From NCBI GenBank assembly GCA_964399175.1, contig CAYNPZ010000001.1, forward strand, positions 1-56,739: a stretch of DNA of 56,739 nucleotides, written 5' to 3'. A program made the position numbers and the translations under genes. The notes below the pieces were generated by a model that saw only the letters and a program-made list of their open reading frames with translations, did no database searches and was not told the DNA's origin. The stretch's first letter is position 1. The number at the start of each line of letters is the position of its first letter. Positions 17,454 through 27,507 of this stretch are shown here, one piece after another. Origin of the DNA: an uncultured Bacteroidales bacterium. Lineage in GTDB: Bacteria > Bacteroidota > Bacteroidia > Bacteroidales > UBA12077.

Positions 17454-17876
17454 ATGCCAAAGCAGACTTTATATATCGAAAACCTGGAAAGTTTACAAGG
17501 GGCAGCCAGAAAATTCCTGGATGAAAACAAATACCATAAGATTTTTGCCTTTTTCGGTGATCTGGGATCCGGGAAAACCACGTTCATTAAAGCCCTCTGC
17601 AACGAACTGGATGTAATTGACATTGTTAGCAGCCCCACTTTTTCACTGATCAACGAATACAGAAATGGAGCGGGTGATACCATATTCCATATGGATTTCT
17701 ACAGGATTAATTCCATTAATGAAGCCCTGGACATTGGAATAGAAGATTACCTGATAACAAATAATTACTGCTTTATTGAGTGGCCTGAGAAAATAGAAAG
17801 CCTGCTGCCCAATGAGACAACTTACGTTAAAATATCGGAAGATAAGCAGCGAGGGAGAATACTCAACATTTATTAG
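17454..17876 (+). CDS. tsaE: tRNA t6A biosynthesis ATPase TsaE
   Basis: 140 aa. GDLGSGKTT P-loop, SPTFSLINEY, HMDFYR. Confidence 0.9.
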   Translation: MPKQTLYIENLESLQGAARKFLDENKYHKIFAFFGDLGSGKTTFIKALCNELDVIDIVSSPTFSLINEYRNGAGDTIFHMDFYRINSINEALDIGIEDYLITNNYCFIEWPEKIESLLPNETTYVKISEDKQRGRILNIY

Positions 17877-17940
17877 ATTAAGAAAATAATTAATTAAAAC
17901 AATCATTATATTAACAATATATAAGTAACCTACTAGTCCT

Positions 17941-19158
17941 ATGAAAAAAGATCAACCTTCATATTTTTCACTTGAAAAGGCAGGCATTTTCCCCCAGGAA
18001 GAAATGCTTGAAGTGGGGAGAAAGCATAACAAGCTGGTAATCGGAATACCAAGAGATAATCATAAAATTGAACAAAGGGTAGCCCTGACCCCGGAAGCAG
18101 TTGAAGTGCTTGTCAATCAGGGGCACGAAGTTATAATTGAAAGCGGGGCCGGGGAAGCAGCAAATTATCAAGATCATGAATATAGTGAAAATGGAGGATT
18201 TATAGTTCGTGAAAAGGATCAGGTATACCAGTGCGACGTCATTATAAGGATATCACCGCTAACAGAGGAGGAAATAGACACTTTGAAAGGTGATCAGATC
18301 ATATTTACCAACATCAACCTGCCTCAGCAAAATGCAGAATATATTAAAAAATTGATGCAGAAGAAGGTTATTGCCATTGCATTTGAATACCTGAGGGAAG
18401 AGGACAACAGCTTCCCTGTCATAAAAGCAATGAGCGAAATAGCCGGTACCACTTCTATTTTGGTTGCGTCGGAATACCTCAACAATTCTCGTAAGGGGAA
18501 AGGTGTGTTGTTGGGAGGAGTAAGCGGAATCACACCTACCGAAATAGTGATACTAGGGGCCGGAACGGCTGCTGAATATGCTGCTCAGGCAGCCATCGGA
18601 CTGGGTGCTTCAGTGAAGATTTTTGATTACTCGCTGATCAAATTGCGTAGGTTACAAAAACATGTGGGTTCAAGGCTTTACACCTCTGTTTTTCACCCCA
18701 AGGTGCTTAAGAAAGACATCCAGTCGGCAGATGTGATTATTGGTGCCATGTATCAGCACGGCAACCATCCCCAGTATCTGCTGAGCGAGGAGATGATACA
18801 ACATATGAAGGAAGGATCCGTTGTGGTTGACCTCAGCATCGACCAGGGCGGATGCATAGAAACTTCCGAAATCAGGACCATTGACAACCCGTCTTTTGTA
18901 AAATTTGGAGTAATTCATTACTGTGTACCGAATATAGCTTCACGCGTCAGCAGGACAGCTTCTATCGCCCTGAGCAATGTGTTTTCGCCCATGCTTATTT
19001 CAATGGGAGAATACGGAGGATTTATCAATCATCTTAAAGAAAACAGGGGATTGCGGAATGGCGTATATATCTACAACGGCATCCTTACCAAAAAACAAAT
19101 TGGTGATCGGTTTGGATTGTCTTCAAGAGACATTGATCTTTTAATGGCAGCATTTTAA
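17941..19158 (+). CDS. alanine dehydrogenase / PNT-alpha family NAD(P) enzyme
   Basis: 405 aa. EQRVALTPE motif and ILGAGTAAEYAAQAAIGLGA Rossmann motif. Confidence 0.7.
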   Translation: MKKDQPSYFSLEKAGIFPQEEMLEVGRKHNKLVIGIPRDNHKIEQRVALTPEAVEVLVNQGHEVIIESGAGEAANYQDHEYSENGGFIVREKDQVYQCDVIIRISPLTEEEIDTLKGDQIIFTNINLPQQNAEYIKKLMQKKVIAIAFEYLREEDNSFPVIKAMSEIAGTTSILVASEYLNNSRKGKGVLLGGVSGITPTEIVILGAGTAAEYAAQAAIGLGASVKIFDYSLIKLRRLQKHVGSRLYTSVFHPKVLKKDIQSADVIIGAMYQHGNHPQYLLSEEMIQHMKEGSVVVDLSIDQGGCIETSEIRTIDNPSFVKFGVIHYCVPNIASRVSRTASIALSNVFSPMLISMGEYGGFINHLKENRGLRNGVYIYNGILTKKQIGDRFGLSSRDIDLLMAAF

Positions 19159-19298
19159 ACAGTTTATTATTTTAAGATGTTAATAATAAAAATATTTCCC
19201 ACGGCGTTCCTTAATTAAGAAGATTTATCTGTTTATAAGTAATTAAATCCAAATTTTTATGTAGAATGATTTCAAATATTACTTAAGAAATTAATTTC

Positions 19299-19364
19299 AT
19301 GGAACGTAAAAAAACATTAAGAGCAAGTTTGGAAAATAAAAAAAATTTGGCTTTGCTATATTGA
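19299..19364 (+). other. 21-codon mini-ORF that duplicates the tonB 5' end (remnant or uORF)
   Basis: MERKKTLRASLENKKNLALLY* compared with the TonB N-terminus MERKKSKKADLESKKGLFLEI. The first 14 nt (ATGGAACGTAAAAA) are identical. It lies 109 nt upstream of the tonB ATG. Confidence 0.35.
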
Positions 19365-19407
19365 TAGATTTACTTAATTTTATCCCACTAAAAAATTTAG
19401 AACAGAT

Positions 19408-20094
19408 ATGGAACGTAAAAAGTCGAAAAAAGCTGATTTAGAAAGCAAGAAAGGGCTTTTTCTGGAAATAGGGTTTGTAGTGGCCCTTGGCTTGGTTCTG
19501 CTGGCCTTCGAATGGACAACACGGCCTCAAACTGTTGAAGGCTTCCAGCAAAGCAATGACGAAAACGTAGTGCAGGAAGAGGTTCCGGTAACACAACAGA
19601 AGGAGAAAAAGGAGCCTCCGCCACCTCCGCCTTCATCTACCGATCAATTGAATATCGTTGATGACGATGTAGAAATTGAAGACGAGCTCAGACTGGAAGA
19701 AACTGAAGCGGATCAGGATACCGAAGTTTCCGTTGACGCCTTTGCACAGGAAGAAGAAGAGGAAGAGGAAGAACAGCAGATATTCGTGGTGGTGGAAGAC
19801 ATGCCACAGTTTAAAGGCGGCGGAATTAACGCATTCAGAAAATACGTTCAGGAGAACATTAATTACCCAACGGTAGCCGCGGAAAATGGTATTGAAGGAA
19901 CCGTTTTCGTTAAATTTGTGGTTGACACCGATGGAGGTATTTCTAATGTAACCGTTATGCGTGGCGTTGATCCGGCTCTTAATGAAGAAGCCATGCGAGT
20001 TATAAGAAACGCCCCGGAATGGGAACCAGGCCAGCAGAGAGGAGAGCCTGTAAGGGTTCAGTTTACCATCCCTATTGTATTTAAGTTACAGTAA
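19408..20094 (+). CDS. tonB: energy transducer TonB
   Basis: 228 aa. N-terminal anchor, Pro- and Glu-rich spacer (EPPPPPPSS, EEEEEEEEQQ), and a C-terminal TonB domain (GIEGTVFVKFVVDTDGGISNV). Confidence 0.87.
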   Translation: MERKKSKKADLESKKGLFLEIGFVVALGLVLLAFEWTTRPQTVEGFQQSNDENVVQEEVPVTQQKEKKEPPPPPPSSTDQLNIVDDDVEIEDELRLEETEADQDTEVSVDAFAQEEEEEEEEQQIFVVVEDMPQFKGGGINAFRKYVQENINYPTVAAENGIEGTVFVKFVVDTDGGISNVTVMRGVDPALNEEAMRVIRNAPEWEPGQQRGEPVRVQFTIPIVFKLQ

Positions 20095-20108
20095 GATTTG
20101 AATTCATT

Positions 20109-20145
20109 AAAAAAACAGGCTGCTCAAAAGACAGCCTGTTTTTTT
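20109..20145. terminator. bidirectional intrinsic terminator between tonB and the GT2 gene
   Basis: AAAAAAACAGGCTG-ctcaaaaga-CAGCCTGTTTTTTT: an 8-bp GC core stem flanked by an A-run and a T-run, between convergent genes. Confidence 0.75.
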
Positions 20146-20156
20146 AATCACAAATG

Positions 20157-20939
20157 TCACATGGATTCAATGGAATGCTCTGCCCGATTCCTTTTCTGAA
20201 GTTCCTTCAGTTTGGCATACTTAAGGAAAGAAGAAAAAGCAGCCATTCTGCATATTACATAACCATAGTAACCATCCAGAAAGCCACGTTTCAAAAAATA
20301 ACTCCTGAAAAATTTTGCGGCCGATTTGACGAGGATTTTTAATGTGTTGCTTCTTTTTCCCTTATTAAAAAGTGCTCTTGCGCCTATTTCGGAAAATTTG
20401 TTGGTTTGTTCCACATGTTCCTGTATGGTGTGGAAACAGTAGTGCAATATATCGCCTTTCAAATATTTTAGGCTACTGCCTTTTTCGAGCTCATAACGGT
20501 CATGGGGATTTAATCCGGTCCATCGCCCTTTTCTGGAATCAAACAACCTGAGTTTTCGGTCGGGATACCAGCCCGAATGCCTGATCCACTTACCACAATA
20601 ATTGGTTAGCCGGTTAAAATAATATCCGTCGGAGGTCCGGTTAAGCTTTACCTGATAAATGGAATTCCTTAATTCATTGGACAATGCTTCATCTGCATCC
20701 AGGGAAAGGATATGCGGATGAGTTGCCTGTGTAATGGCATAGTTTTTTTGCTGGATGTGCCCTTCAAATGGGTGCCGGACAAATTTTACATTGTATTGCC
20801 TGCAAATCGCTTCAGTTTTATCAATGGAATAAGAATCCACCACCACAACTTCATCTGCCAGGTCACCGACCGATTCTATGCATCGGGCAATATTATTTTC
20901 TTCATTGTAAGTAATGATAACAAGTGAGAGTGGTGTCAT
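20157..20939 (-). CDS. family 2 glycosyltransferase (probable LPS core)
   Basis: 260 aa. LSLVIITYNEENNI and LSLDADE motifs. Sits next to a GT9 gene. Confidence 0.85.
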   Translation of the reverse strand: MTPLSLVIITYNEENNIARCIESVGDLADEVVVVDSYSIDKTEAICRQYNVKFVRHPFEGHIQQKNYAITQATHPHILSLDADEALSNELRNSIYQVKLNRTSDGYYFNRLTNYCGKWIRHSGWYPDRKLRLFDSRKGRWTGLNPHDRYELEKGSSLKYLKGDILHYCFHTIQEHVEQTNKFSEIGARALFNKGKRSNTLKILVKSAAKFFRSYFLKRGFLDGYYGYVICRMAAFSSFLKYAKLKELQKRNRAEHSIESM

Positions 20940-20950
20940 AATTCCGTTTA

Positions 20951-21928
20951 TCAGATCAACAATTTCTTTATATCAATGGTATAGGCACATTTAAAATGAC
21001 CCTCGGGACAGGCTGAATACCCATGTAGCCCGCAGGGCCGGCAATCCAGATCAATATTGGTCTCTACAATCTGTGCCTGATCCGACACCGGATAAAATCC
21101 AAATCCCGGGATGGTGGAGCAAAAAACAGCAGTTACCGGCGCATTCATTGCGGATGCTATATGCAGGGGTGCTGAATCGTTCACATAATTCATGCGGGCC
21201 TTTTTCATCAAGGCTGCCGTTTCCAGAAAACTCAGATTTCCGGCAAAGTTGGATATCCGCTTCCTTCCGGTTTTTTCTATGATCTCATTACAAAGTATTT
21301 GGTCTTCAGGACCTCCGATCAGGTGTACGTCATACTGATCATCCAATTCATTTAAAAAAGCCATCCATTTATCCTTTGGAAATTGTTTGGTGTACCAAAC
21401 CGAAGCCGGTGCAACGGTAATGTATGCCTTTTTCTGGTATTGACTGACCTTATCGTAATCCTCCGGAGAAGGATACAATTGGGGTTTCATAAATGCAGAA
21501 TCGGAAACAGGAGCCACCAGTTCGAGGTTACGCTCAATCTCATGCCTGCCGTTTCCAATTTCATGCCCTATCTTATGGTCGAAAACAAAGGAAAGGGGAT
21601 TTTTGTCAAAGCCCGATTTGTGGTTTGATCTGGCGAAAAGCGTGATCAATCCCGTAGTAAAGAAACGCTGCAGATTGAACACATAATCATACCGGGTTTT
21701 TCTGATTTTCCGGATCATCTGAAATACATTGGCGTATTTTCCCGATTTTTTATCCAGAACAAATACCCGGTTTACATGAGGATTGTTTTTCAGCAACTCC
21801 TGATTTCCTTTCCTTAGCAAAAAGTCGATCCCGGCATCCGGATAATGCAGCTTGAGTTTTTCGATCAATGGCGTGGAAAGAATCACATCACCGATAAATG
21901 CTGTTTGAATGATCAAAAACCGCTTCAT
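20951..21928 (-). CDS. family 9 glycosyltransferase (heptosyltransferase-like)
   Basis: 325 aa. IIQTAFIGDVILSTPL and NDSAPLHIASA motifs. Confidence 0.85.
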   Translation of the reverse strand: MKRFLIIQTAFIGDVILSTPLIEKLKLHYPDAGIDFLLRKGNQELLKNNPHVNRVFVLDKKSGKYANVFQMIRKIRKTRYDYVFNLQRFFTTGLITLFARSNHKSGFDKNPLSFVFDHKIGHEIGNGRHEIERNLELVAPVSDSAFMKPQLYPSPEDYDKVSQYQKKAYITVAPASVWYTKQFPKDKWMAFLNELDDQYDVHLIGGPEDQILCNEIIEKTGRKRISNFAGNLSFLETAALMKKARMNYVNDSAPLHIASAMNAPVTAVFCSTIPGFGFYPVSDQAQIVETNIDLDCRPCGLHGYSACPEGHFKCAYTIDIKKLLI

Positions 21929-21934
21929 TTCCGG

Positions 21935-22750
21935 CTAAACTTCCACATTATATTCACGCAATGCCTGGTTCAGTGATGTTTTATGATCGGTAGATTCTTT
22001 TCTTTTGCCTATGATCAGTGCACATTGAACCTGGTATTCACCGGCAGGAAATTGCTTCGTATAGGTGCCCGGAATTACAACAGACCGTTCAGGAACCCTT
22101 CCCTGGTATATTACCGGTTCATCGCCTGATACATCAATAACTTTTGATGATTTGGTTATGGAAACATTGGCGGCAATAACGGCCTCTTTCTCTATTTTTG
22201 CGCCTTCAACGATAATGGCACGGGAACCGATGAAACAATTGTCTTCGATAATCACAGGGGCTGCCTGAACGGGTTCAAGTACCCCGCCTATACCAACGCC
22301 CCCGCTTAAGTGCACATTTTTGCCTATCTGGGCACAACTCCCAACCGTAGCCCAGGTATCTACCATTGTGCCGCTGTCCACATAAGCCCCGATATTAACA
22401 TAGGAGGGCATCATGATTACATTGGGTGAAAGATAGGATCCATATCGTGCAATGGCGTGAGGTACCACCCGAACCCCCATTTTATCGTAACCATGTTTTA
22501 GATCTATCTTATCATGAAATTCAAAAGGACCGCTTTCTATCTTCTTCATCTTTTGAATGGGGAAATATAAGATCACTGCCATTTTTACCCACTGATTTAC
22601 TTTCCATTCACCATCTGAAACTTCAGCTACGCGAATATTCCCCTTATCCAGCAGGTCAATAATTTCCCTTATCATCTTTTGGTTATCCGGATCGTCCAAT
22701 AGTTCACGGTTATCCCAGATCTCTTGTATTTTATCCTTGTACTGTTCCAT
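21935..22750 (-). CDS. dapD: tetrahydrodipicolinate N-succinyltransferase
   Basis: 271 aa. Hexapeptide-repeat region YVNIGAYVDSGTMVDTWATVGSCAQIGKNVHLSGGVGIGGVLEP. Confidence 0.92.
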   Translation of the reverse strand: MEQYKDKIQEIWDNRELLDDPDNQKMIREIIDLLDKGNIRVAEVSDGEWKVNQWVKMAVILYFPIQKMKKIESGPFEFHDKIDLKHGYDKMGVRVVPHAIARYGSYLSPNVIMMPSYVNIGAYVDSGTMVDTWATVGSCAQIGKNVHLSGGVGIGGVLEPVQAAPVIIEDNCFIGSRAIIVEGAKIEKEAVIAANVSITKSSKVIDVSGDEPVIYQGRVPERSVVIPGTYTKQFPAGEYQVQCALIIGKRKESTDHKTSLNQALREYNVEV

Positions 22751-22771
22751 AATTCTATAATTTTAATACAA

Positions 22772-22779
22772 CAAAAATA
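22772..22779 (-). promoter_or_regulatory. -7 promoter box (TAnnTTTG on the minus strand) for the dapD operon
   Basis: Plus-strand CAAAAATA equals minus-strand TATTTTTG, 22 nt upstream of the dapD ATG. Confidence 0.4.
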
Positions 22780-22929
22780 CAGAAAAATGTATATTACAAA
22801 AAGGAAATGAAGTGGTTCGGATGCTGTTAATTTTTGTTAATTCAGAGATATGTCCGTTTGAATTGATTTATATATGCAGTAAATTTATAAATTTAAAACC
22901 TAACGGATATTAACCGGAAGTTTTACATA

Positions 22930-23694
22930 GTGCTTCTTTTCGTAAGCCTTAGTCAGATCGTTTATTCCCAGAAAAGTGACAGTACCATACATTTCTTTGG
23001 GAATTTGGTCGGTGCTGAATCATTCAAACCGGTGAAGTATGCACATATCATCAATATCAATAATGGTCGGGCAACCATTTCCGATACACTGGGAAATTTT
23101 GACATCCGGCTAAGACCGGGCGATTCTTTAAAAATTACTTCCATTGGTTATCAGTCAAAGATCTATAAATATACAGGGGAATGGAAAAACGTGGTCTTTG
23201 AGAGTATTCCATTACAGGAACGGGTATATGAAATATCAAAAGTAGAGATTACACCCTGGGGAACGTATGAGGATTTCAAAAACAAATTCCTGAACCTCGA
23301 TATGGAAACACCCCGGGAAAGGCTTCATCCACTGGTATTTGAAGATTTGCCGCAACTGCCGGATGACACAGAACCTGTGGAACCGGGCATTACTTCCCCG
23401 ATAAGCATGATATACAATCTCTTCAGCAAGGAAGCAAAGGCAAGGCAAAAATATCAGGAACTGAAAGACAGGGAGAGCATAGAGAAAAAAATCGAGGAGA
23501 AGTTTAACAGGGAAACGGTGAGCAACCTCACAGGCCTGGAAGGGGAGAAACTTGACAAATTTATGGAATTTTGTAATTTTAACGATGCATATATTCTAAA
23601 TACCAGGGAGTATTTTATTCTGGAAAGGGTGAAAAAGAAATACAAACAATTCATGAAGCTGGATTCTTTGAATTCGGTAAAATTAAATCAGTGA
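22930..23694 (+). CDS. hypothetical protein with a carboxypeptidase-regulatory-like N-terminal domain
   Basis: 254 aa with a GTG start, which is uncertain. GNFDIRLRPGDSLKITSIGYQSK is beta-sandwich-like. The C-terminal half is charged and helical. Confidence 0.5.
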   Translation: MLLFVSLSQIVYSQKSDSTIHFFGNLVGAESFKPVKYAHIININNGRATISDTLGNFDIRLRPGDSLKITSIGYQSKIYKYTGEWKNVVFESIPLQERVYEISKVEITPWGTYEDFKNKFLNLDMETPRERLHPLVFEDLPQLPDDTEPVEPGITSPISMIYNLFSKEAKARQKYQELKDRESIEKKIEEKFNRETVSNLTGLEGEKLDKFMEFCNFNDAYILNTREYFILERVKKKYKQFMKLDSLNSVKLNQ

Positions 23695-24662
23695 TGAGTC
23701 AGTCCATTCCTTCAATACAAGATATAGAAAAGGCACATAAACTTACATCCGGGCAAATTCACCGTACCCCGGTGTATACCTCATCATCCATTAATGAGAT
23801 ATGTGGTGTCGAGCTTTACTTCAAATGCGAAAATTTTCAAAAAACCGGCTCCTTCAAATTCAGGGGAGCCTACAACGCCGTTCAACAATTAAGTGATGCG
23901 GAGGCAGCTCATGGTGTCGGAACCCATTCGTCAGGAAATCATGCTGCTGCCCTGGCATTGGCTGCCAGCTTGAAAGGCACCGAGGCCCATATTGTTATGC
24001 CTGAGAATTCCTGCCCGGTTAAGAAAAAGGCGGTTGAATATTACAGGGGCAGCATTACTTATTGTGGGCCGGGTCTTGATGCAAGGGAGGAAACTTATCG
24101 GAAGGTGGAAAAGGAGACCGGGGCAAAATTCATTCACCCCTCGGGTGATTTTCATGTAATCTGCGGACAGGGAACTACAGCAAAAGAATTGCTGGAAGCA
24201 ATACCCGGTCTTGATGCCATTATTGCGCCTGTCGGGGGAGGCGGACTGATAAGTGGTTCAGCGATAGCGGCCAAATCCATGAAAAAAGATATCCGGGTCT
24301 ATGCCGGGGAGCCTCAAATGGCAGATGACGCCTATCGTTCTTTCAAGCAAGGAATCCTCATTCCTGTAGACCGGCCCAATACCCTTGCCGACGGCCTTCT
24401 GACATCCCTTAACCCGCTAACGTTCAGAATAATAAGTGAATATCTGGATGATGTTTTTACAACAAGTGAAGCAAACATTGTTAAAGCCATGCGGCTGATA
24501 TGGGAACGGATGAAGATCATTGCCGAACCTTCTGCGGCTGTTGCGCTGGCCGCTGTCCTTGAAAACCGCTTTGTATTCAAATCGAAAAAAGTGGGTGTTA
24601 TTATCTCAGGGGGCAATGTTGACTTGAATAACCTGCCTTTTCATTCACAGGATGAAGGCTGA
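23691..24662 (+). CDS. PLP-dependent threonine/serine dehydratase family enzyme
   Basis: 323 aa. FKCENFQKTGSFKFRGA carries the PLP lysine; GGGGLISG glycine loop. Confidence 0.88.
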   Translation: MMSQSIPSIQDIEKAHKLTSGQIHRTPVYTSSSINEICGVELYFKCENFQKTGSFKFRGAYNAVQQLSDAEAAHGVGTHSSGNHAAALALAASLKGTEAHIVMPENSCPVKKKAVEYYRGSITYCGPGLDAREETYRKVEKETGAKFIHPSGDFHVICGQGTTAKELLEAIPGLDAIIAPVGGGGLISGSAIAAKSMKKDIRVYAGEPQMADDAYRSFKQGILIPVDRPNTLADGLLTSLNPLTFRIISEYLDDVFTTSEANIVKAMRLIWERMKIIAEPSAAVALAAVLENRFVFKSKKVGVIISGGNVDLNNLPFHSQDEG

Positions 24663-24663
24663 A

Positions 24664-25764
24664 CTATTTATTTATGCTAAACGAGGCTTTAACAGGAAAA
24701 TGGTCGGAAAATGAATTTTCGATGATCTCAAAATTTTTTATTCTGAAGGCGTCATCATAAAAAATATAATCGATCCGGTAGGAGGGAAATTTACCCTTAT
24801 AAGTAATTCCTATACCTGAGCCTGCTTCTACAAAAGCATCCTTCAGGCCTGTACTGATTGCATGATACGTGTAAGATAAGGGTGTATCGTTGAAATCGCC
24901 GCATACGAGTACCGGGTATGCAGATCTGTTGATGCTGGCTGATATTTTTTCGGCCTGTTTTGACCGTTTGATAAAAGCATCCCTCAGACGGAATGATATA
25001 TCCTGAATCTCTTGCAAACGCCGGCGATCAGTATACTTGCTCTGATTGGAGATAAACAGGTAATTTTTCCGGTTAAAACGTATGGATTGAAGGTGGTTGT
25101 TGTAAATCCGTATTCTGTCCTTATCAATCAGGATATCACTAAATATAGCTGAATTCAGGCTTTCCCCAAAATCGATGCGCCCTTTCTTTACGATGGGGTA
25201 TTTACTGAAAGTAGCAATACCATATTTAAAATCTTGGCCTTTTGAAAGCCAAAATATATGGTTGTAGTCCATATTGGGCAGCAGCCGGCTGATGGTATCC
25301 AGGGTAAATTGTTTCTTTTCGTTTATGTAAAATTCCTGAAAGCAGAGAATATCCGGGTCTTTTTTACGGAGGAAAGCAAAAAGCTTCTTTTGTTCCTCAC
25401 CAAATTTATTGTTCCCAAACAGATTAAAAACCCTTACGTTATAGGACATAATGGTAATCTCCTTCCCGGATTCCAAATTTTCCTGCCGTTTATTACCTGA
25501 AAAATCTACCTGATATATATGGGAAATGGGATTGATGCCCATCAGTAAAACGATCAGCGACAACAAAAAAAGCCTTTTCTTTTTGGTTATCCAATATATT
25601 ACGAAAAGGATATTGGCAACCAGAAGAAAGGGAAAGACAAGTCCCAAAAATGCCATTGGCCAAAAAAGTTCCGGTGAAATATAAACGGAAATATAGGTTA
25701 ACAATAAACCACCAGCCAGGACATAATTCAGAAGTCTTAATATTTTGTTTATAAGCCTTTTCAA
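24664..25764 (-). CDS. membrane-anchored endonuclease/exonuclease/phosphatase (EEP) family protein
   Basis: 366 aa. N-terminal TM helices, then an EEP fold (IMSYNV, CFQEF, CGDFND, SDHFPV). Confidence 0.75.
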   Translation of the reverse strand: MKRLINKILRLLNYVLAGGLLLTYISVYISPELFWPMAFLGLVFPFLLVANILFVIYWITKKKRLFLLSLIVLLMGINPISHIYQVDFSGNKRQENLESGKEITIMSYNVRVFNLFGNNKFGEEQKKLFAFLRKKDPDILCFQEFYINEKKQFTLDTISRLLPNMDYNHIFWLSKGQDFKYGIATFSKYPIVKKGRIDFGESLNSAIFSDILIDKDRIRIYNNHLQSIRFNRKNYLFISNQSKYTDRRRLQEIQDISFRLRDAFIKRSKQAEKISASINRSAYPVLVCGDFNDTPLSYTYHAISTGLKDAFVEAGSGIGITYKGKFPSYRIDYIFYDDAFRIKNFEIIENSFSDHFPVKASFSINK

Positions 25765-25807
25765 AGCCTTTAGAATTTTATTCCTTTAACCTCCGGTAGT
25801 TCACTCT

Positions 25808-26713
25808 TTATCCGGATGGATCCTTGTCGCCTCCCCCTGCTCTGAACAAGATTTCCTTTTCTTCCTTGGTTAAGCTTTCGTATCCCCTTTTTGAAATTTT
25901 TTCCAGTATTTTATTAATTTTTTCCTGTCTTTTTGCCTTCTCCTTGTTGTATTCAATATCTGTTTTTGGCCTGTGCTGTTTATGTGTAACCTTAAATTTG
26001 GGTTTGGGCTTAAACATAGCAAAAAGATCATCCATAAACCGGTCAAAGCCTTTGGTAATAATTTTTCCTCTCCGGTATTGCGCAATATAAATGTAGCCAA
26101 ACAGGGCGCCGCCCAGATGTGCAATGTGACCTCCGGAATTTGATGAGGGTATGCTAAGTACATCCAGTACAATAGTGAAAATGGCAATATATTTTAGTTT
26201 CACCGGACCAAGAAGGAGCAGATTGATGGAATAATTGGGAACATAAACGGAAATGGCAATGACAATGGCCATTACAGAAGCTGAGGCACCAAGGGCGAAT
26301 GAAAGGGAAACCACTTCCTGAAACGCCGGAAAAATATTATAGGATATGATGTAGATGGCAGCTCCTGACAACCCACCTACCAAATATACGCTCAACAATT
26401 TTTTCTCATTGAGATACATCAAAAAGATACGGCCAAAGACATAGAGCCATAACAGGTTAAACAGAATATGCCAGAAACTTTCATGCAAGAACATATAGGT
26501 TATCAGTGTCCAGGGGCGGGTTACCAGTGTTCCCAGCTCGGCCGGCACGGAAAGCCAGTGTACAAAAATGCCACTGATTCCGCTGAATCCAAATAAAAAT
26601 GCCAGGACCTGAATGATTTTAATTAAAAAGAAAACACCCGCATTGATATAAATTAATTTAATCAGACTGCTCCCTCTTTTGAACGTCTCGCGTATTTGAT
26701 CTGCAATACCCAT
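25808..26713 (-). CDS. rhomboid family intramembrane serine protease
   Basis: 301 aa. HESFWHILFN, GASASV and HLGGALFG motifs, with a basic C-terminal tail. Confidence 0.85.
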   Translation of the reverse strand: MGIADQIRETFKRGSSLIKLIYINAGVFFLIKIIQVLAFLFGFSGISGIFVHWLSVPAELGTLVTRPWTLITYMFLHESFWHILFNLLWLYVFGRIFLMYLNEKKLLSVYLVGGLSGAAIYIISYNIFPAFQEVVSLSFALGASASVMAIVIAISVYVPNYSINLLLLGPVKLKYIAIFTIVLDVLSIPSSNSGGHIAHLGGALFGYIYIAQYRRGKIITKGFDRFMDDLFAMFKPKPKFKVTHKQHRPKTDIEYNKEKAKRQEKINKILEKISKRGYESLTKEEKEILFRAGGGDKDPSG

Positions 26714-26736
26714 AATTCAGTCTTTTTTAATAGTTA

Positions 26737-27474
26737 TCAATAGAATGAACTTTTCCTTGAATTCCAGTATTTGATTAAGATGAAGCCAAAGAGCATTCCC
26801 CCGATATGGGCAAAGTGCGCCACATTGCTGCCAGGCTGACTGATACCCAGTATCAGCTCAATAGCCCCATAACCCATAACAAAATATTTTGCCTTAATGG
26901 GAATGGGAGGAAAGAGCAACAATAGCTGAGTATTCGGGAAAAGCATCCCAAAGGCCAGCAATATACCAAAAACCGCCCCGGATGCACCCACTGTAGGAAT
27001 GTTCATGGAAAGATTGAGCTTGGCCATGTCGGGATTGGTGAAATTCTGGTTGTTCTGGAGGGCACTGAAGCCTTTCTCCATTACTGTATTAACTTGTTCC
27101 TGAGGCATTTGTGAAATAAGGCTCTGTATCTGAATGTAATTCACCATTAAATGTAAGAAAGCTGCCCCCAGACCGGTAGCAAAATAGTAAATGAAAAACC
27201 TTTTGGGCCCCCATACATTTTCCAACACCCTGCCAAACATCCAAAGTGCAAACATGTTGAAGAATAAGTGGGCAAATCCTCCGTGCATAAACATATGAGT
27301 AATCAACTGATAGGGCTCAAATTGATCGGAAGTCCAGTGAAATAAGCCCAGTGTCCAGTTCAGGTTGATGCTTCCGCTAAAGGCATAGTAGCCCAGCAGC
27401 ATCAAAGCATTAATAATAATCAGGTTTTTAACTACCGGAGGTGTTCCGCCAAATGCACTTTGTCTGTAATTCAT
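26737..27474 (-). CDS. rhomboid family intramembrane serine protease
   Basis: 245 aa. HGGFAHLFFNM, GASGAVFG and HIGGMLFG motifs. Confidence 0.88.
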   Translation of the reverse strand: MNYRQSAFGGTPPVVKNLIIINALMLLGYYAFSGSINLNWTLGLFHWTSDQFEPYQLITHMFMHGGFAHLFFNMFALWMFGRVLENVWGPKRFFIYYFATGLGAAFLHLMVNYIQIQSLISQMPQEQVNTVMEKGFSALQNNQNFTNPDMAKLNLSMNIPTVGASGAVFGILLAFGMLFPNTQLLLLFPPIPIKAKYFVMGYGAIELILGISQPGSNVAHFAHIGGMLFGFILIKYWNSRKSSFY

Positions 27475-27507
27475 TATAATCTATATTTTCCGTAAATTTT
27501 ATAAAAA

